DNA from: a virus
Length of the DNA stretch: 64,000 nt
Reading direction: 5' to 3' (one strand)
Virus record (IMG/VR): IMGVR_UViG_3300045988_070924
Coordinates: 1 to 64,000 of that record
Position numbers and translations under genes: made by a program. Positions within the stretch are counted from its first letter, which is position 1. Each line of letters begins with the position of its first letter. Of this stretch, positions 62,148 to 64,000 are shown piece after piece. The notes beneath the pieces are model-generated. The model had not been told where the DNA came from, searched no databases, and was given only the letters and a program-made list of their open reading frames with translations.

Positions 62148-64000
62148 TTAGCAAATTCCCTTTACAATATCTATCATTTTCTTCATAACCTTAGAAGCAG
62201 TCTCAGAGTCTATATGCTCTTCAATCATGCTCTTATACTTATCTACCTTCTTTGACTGTCCTTTGACAAGAGATGTCATAAGATTGTTCAGTTCATCCTC
62301 ATCAAATACCTCGCTGAGTATATTCTCAACATCAGTCTCTGAGAGTTCTACTACTTCAGCCTCTCCATCATCCTCAGGAACTTCTCTTGCTGGAGAATCC
62401 TGAACCTCCTTCTCATGTACATCTTCCTCAGAAGTTCTCTGGATAGAAGTTCTTATCTCACTTCCAGATTCATTCATATCATATTCAAGGAAGTTGTTGG
62501 TATTACCAAGAGTTGTTGTCTCAGTATAGGTAATAGAACCATCTGAGTTGATTTCAGGATTGAAATACACCTTATCATTATAGAGGATAACAGGGACAGC
62601 TACTGTCTCTTTAGTAGATACTTTTCCACTTCCCCTTTTCACCTTTTTGACAATGAACTGTGAAGAAGCACTGTCTGAAGCAAATGTGAAGGTTATCTTC
62701 CTGTTACCAGCTCCATCTTCAGTGATAGAAGATGCAATTCCCTTTCTCTGTGTTATATGAGGAACAACCCTGAAGTTGTCTGTATGATTCCTTCTATACT
62801 GAAGAAGGAAGTCATTCACATCAAAGGAGTCATTATAATTGACATCCCTGATACTTTCAACATATCCTGGAATTGCAAGTTTCACATCAGTTGAAGCAAG
62901 ATGGAGGAAAGTCTTAGGACTAAATGAAAGTCCTGTTCTGTACATATTGTAGAAGAACAGTTTGACTCCAAGGTCTCTTGTACTTTCATTTGTTATAAGA
63001 TTTGTCCAAGCATCTCTCACTCTCTCTTGAACATCCTGAGTATATCCACCAGTCTTTGCTTCCAAAGTTGGAACAGGGCATTTTCCAGTAGAAGGTTTGA
63101 TAGTTATAATCTTGATAAGTTCATTATCTACTATTCCAGCAGCCTTCTCCTTGAACTCTACTATGAAGTCATGTATGAACTCCTCTCTTACTTTTCCATC
63201 TGAATTAAGGACAGGGTTTGGTCCTCCAGTAAGTTTGTAAAGAACAAAGTCACTGACAAGGGAATTGATAGTCTTGCTATCTACATTTGCCTTTGTAGTT
63301 TCTCTGAACTTTCCAAGAACCTGATTGAATTTATCAGAGTACTGAGGAAAATATCCCTGGAATATCAACTGAGAAGCTCCAGTATCAGATACTGTGGTTG
63401 TATAGAAGGCATCAAGAATAGGAGAGTTCTGAATGACATCCTTTGCATTATCTGAGAAGATTGCATTGCTATCCTCAAACTTGTCAAGGAACTTCTTATA
63501 TCTCTGCTTCATTACAAGGGTATCTGCAATGGTTGGACCAACAGCATTAGTTACTGAGTTGAACTTAGTAAGGAATGTAAGTGTGCCAAGGTCCTGTGAT
63601 ATTTTTGACAATCTCTTGAACAGAATAAGAGCTCTTGTCTGAAAGTCTCCTTTATCACTATTAAGTGATATACCCTGAGCAAGTTCTTCTTTAGAGAAGT
63701 TAGTCAGAGTAAGAGTCTTTTCATAACCCTTTGCATTCTTGTCTTGTTCAAGGAACTTATCAATCAGGTCCTCAGCTGAGATGTAACCCTCATTGTTCCT
63801 CCTGAAGTATTCATTAGTCACCCTTCTTATAATAGGCTGGGAGAGGAGCAGACCTATACTGTCAGAATCAAAACCAAGTCTTGCCAGAACCATTGCTGGT
63901 CCAGAGGTAAATGTATTAAGATTCATAAAGTTAAGTACTGGGTCCTTCACAGCATCCACAGAGGCTGCAAGAAAACCTGCAATAGTCTTGCTTATGAGAC
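62148..64000 (-). CDS. large protein, N-terminus outside the window
   Basis: The reading frame stays open upstream of the track start at 63959, which is a GTG, through to the window edge (...LISKTIAGFLAASVDAVKDPVLN...). Confidence 0.5.
   Translation of the reverse strand, partial: LISKTIAGFLAASVDAVKDPVLNFMNLNTFTSGPAMVLARLGFDSDSIGLLLSQPIIRRVTNEYFRRNNEGYISAEDLIDKFLEQDKNAKGYEKTLTLTNFSKEELAQGISLNSDKGDFQTRALILFKRLSKISQDLGTLTFLTKFNSVTNAVGPTIADTLVMKQRYKKFLDKFEDSNAIFSDNAKDVIQNSPILDAFYTTTVSDTGASQLIFQGYFPQYSDKFNQVLGKFRETTKANVDSKTINSLVSDFVLYKLTGGPNPVLNSDGKVREEFIHDFIVEFKEKAAGIVDNELIKIITIKPSTGKCPVPTLEAKTGGYTQDVQERVRDAWTNLITNESTRDLGVKLFFYNMYRTGLSFSPKTFLHLASTDVKLAIPGYVESIRDVNYNDSFDVNDFLLQYRRNHTDNFRVVPHITQRKGIASSITEDGAGNRKITFTFASDSASSQFIVKKVKRGSGKVSTKETVAVPVILYNDKVYFNPEINSDGSITYTETTTLGNTNNFLEYDMNESGSEIRTSIQRTSEEDVHEKEVQDSPAREVPEDDGEAEVVELSETDVENILSEVFDEDELNNLMTSLVKGQSKKVDKYKSMIEEHIDSETASKVMKKMIDIVKGIC

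Noticed and set aside
339-63642. Many 60-160-aa ORFs in the track lie antisense to, or out of frame within, long genes. Examples: 339..548, 791..1261, 2604..2951, 4579..5007, 8106..8504, 9268..9603, 25282..25584, 31073..31333, 32360..32656, 54896..55249, 61328..61813.
   Set aside because: They are shadow ORFs fully contained in better-supported genes, with low-complexity or hydrophobic junk translations and no independent start or regulatory signals.
58070-64000. Calling the two large minus-strand ORFs the crAss-type virion RNA polymerase.
   Set aside because: No DxDxD or other diagnostic motif is visible by eye in the window, and the N-terminal part of the second ORF is missing. The assignment would be pure guesswork without profile searches.
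1-64000. A search for CRISPR arrays, integrase or lysogeny genes, a reverse transcriptase/DGR, or inteins/group I introns in terL, portal or MCP.
   Set aside because: No regularly spaced repeats, no tyrosine or serine recombinase motifs and no RT motifs were seen. The three head genes are uninterrupted ORFs of normal size.

Overview
This 64-kb AT-rich window reads as part of a crAss-like (Crassvirales-type) phage genome from a Bacteroidota host. It has three gene blocks. (i) 1-12633, minus strand: accessory or early-type genes. These include a Ro60/Rsr-like TROVE-vWA protein, two classic AAA+ ATPases (one with a PAN/ARC-like coiled-coil plus OB N-domain), membrane and cell-wall proteins, 5 tRNA genes, and five copies of a structured 83-98 nt intergenic element. 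(ii) 13136-58013, plus strand: two HExxH mini-proteins, a kinase-like/PPPDE-like multidomain protein, and a 17-gene tRNA array interleaved with small ORFs (FTR-like, PD-(D/E)XK nuclease, Dps-like). These are followed by a GroES-like ORF, TerL, portal, fibre/PEGA/BACON proteins, a lysis-type cassette, scaffold, MCP and a long tail/cargo module with 1894-aa and 1766-aa proteins. (iii) 58070-64000, minus strand: two very large ORFs that converge on a bidirectional terminator. Block ii is punctuated by host-type Bacteroidota promoters (TTTG-N20-TAnnTTTG) and hairpin+T terminators. The most interesting items are: the Ro60-like operon with co-transcribed tRNAs and covarying structured elements (candidate Y-RNA-like or processing RNAs), one of which sits inside a tRNA-Thr-like gene; a separate 34-nt motif upstream of three small genes; and several non-canonical tRNAs. 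All functional calls come from motif recognition by eye. No database search or folding program was run, and hand-folded RNA coordinates may be off by 1-2 nt.
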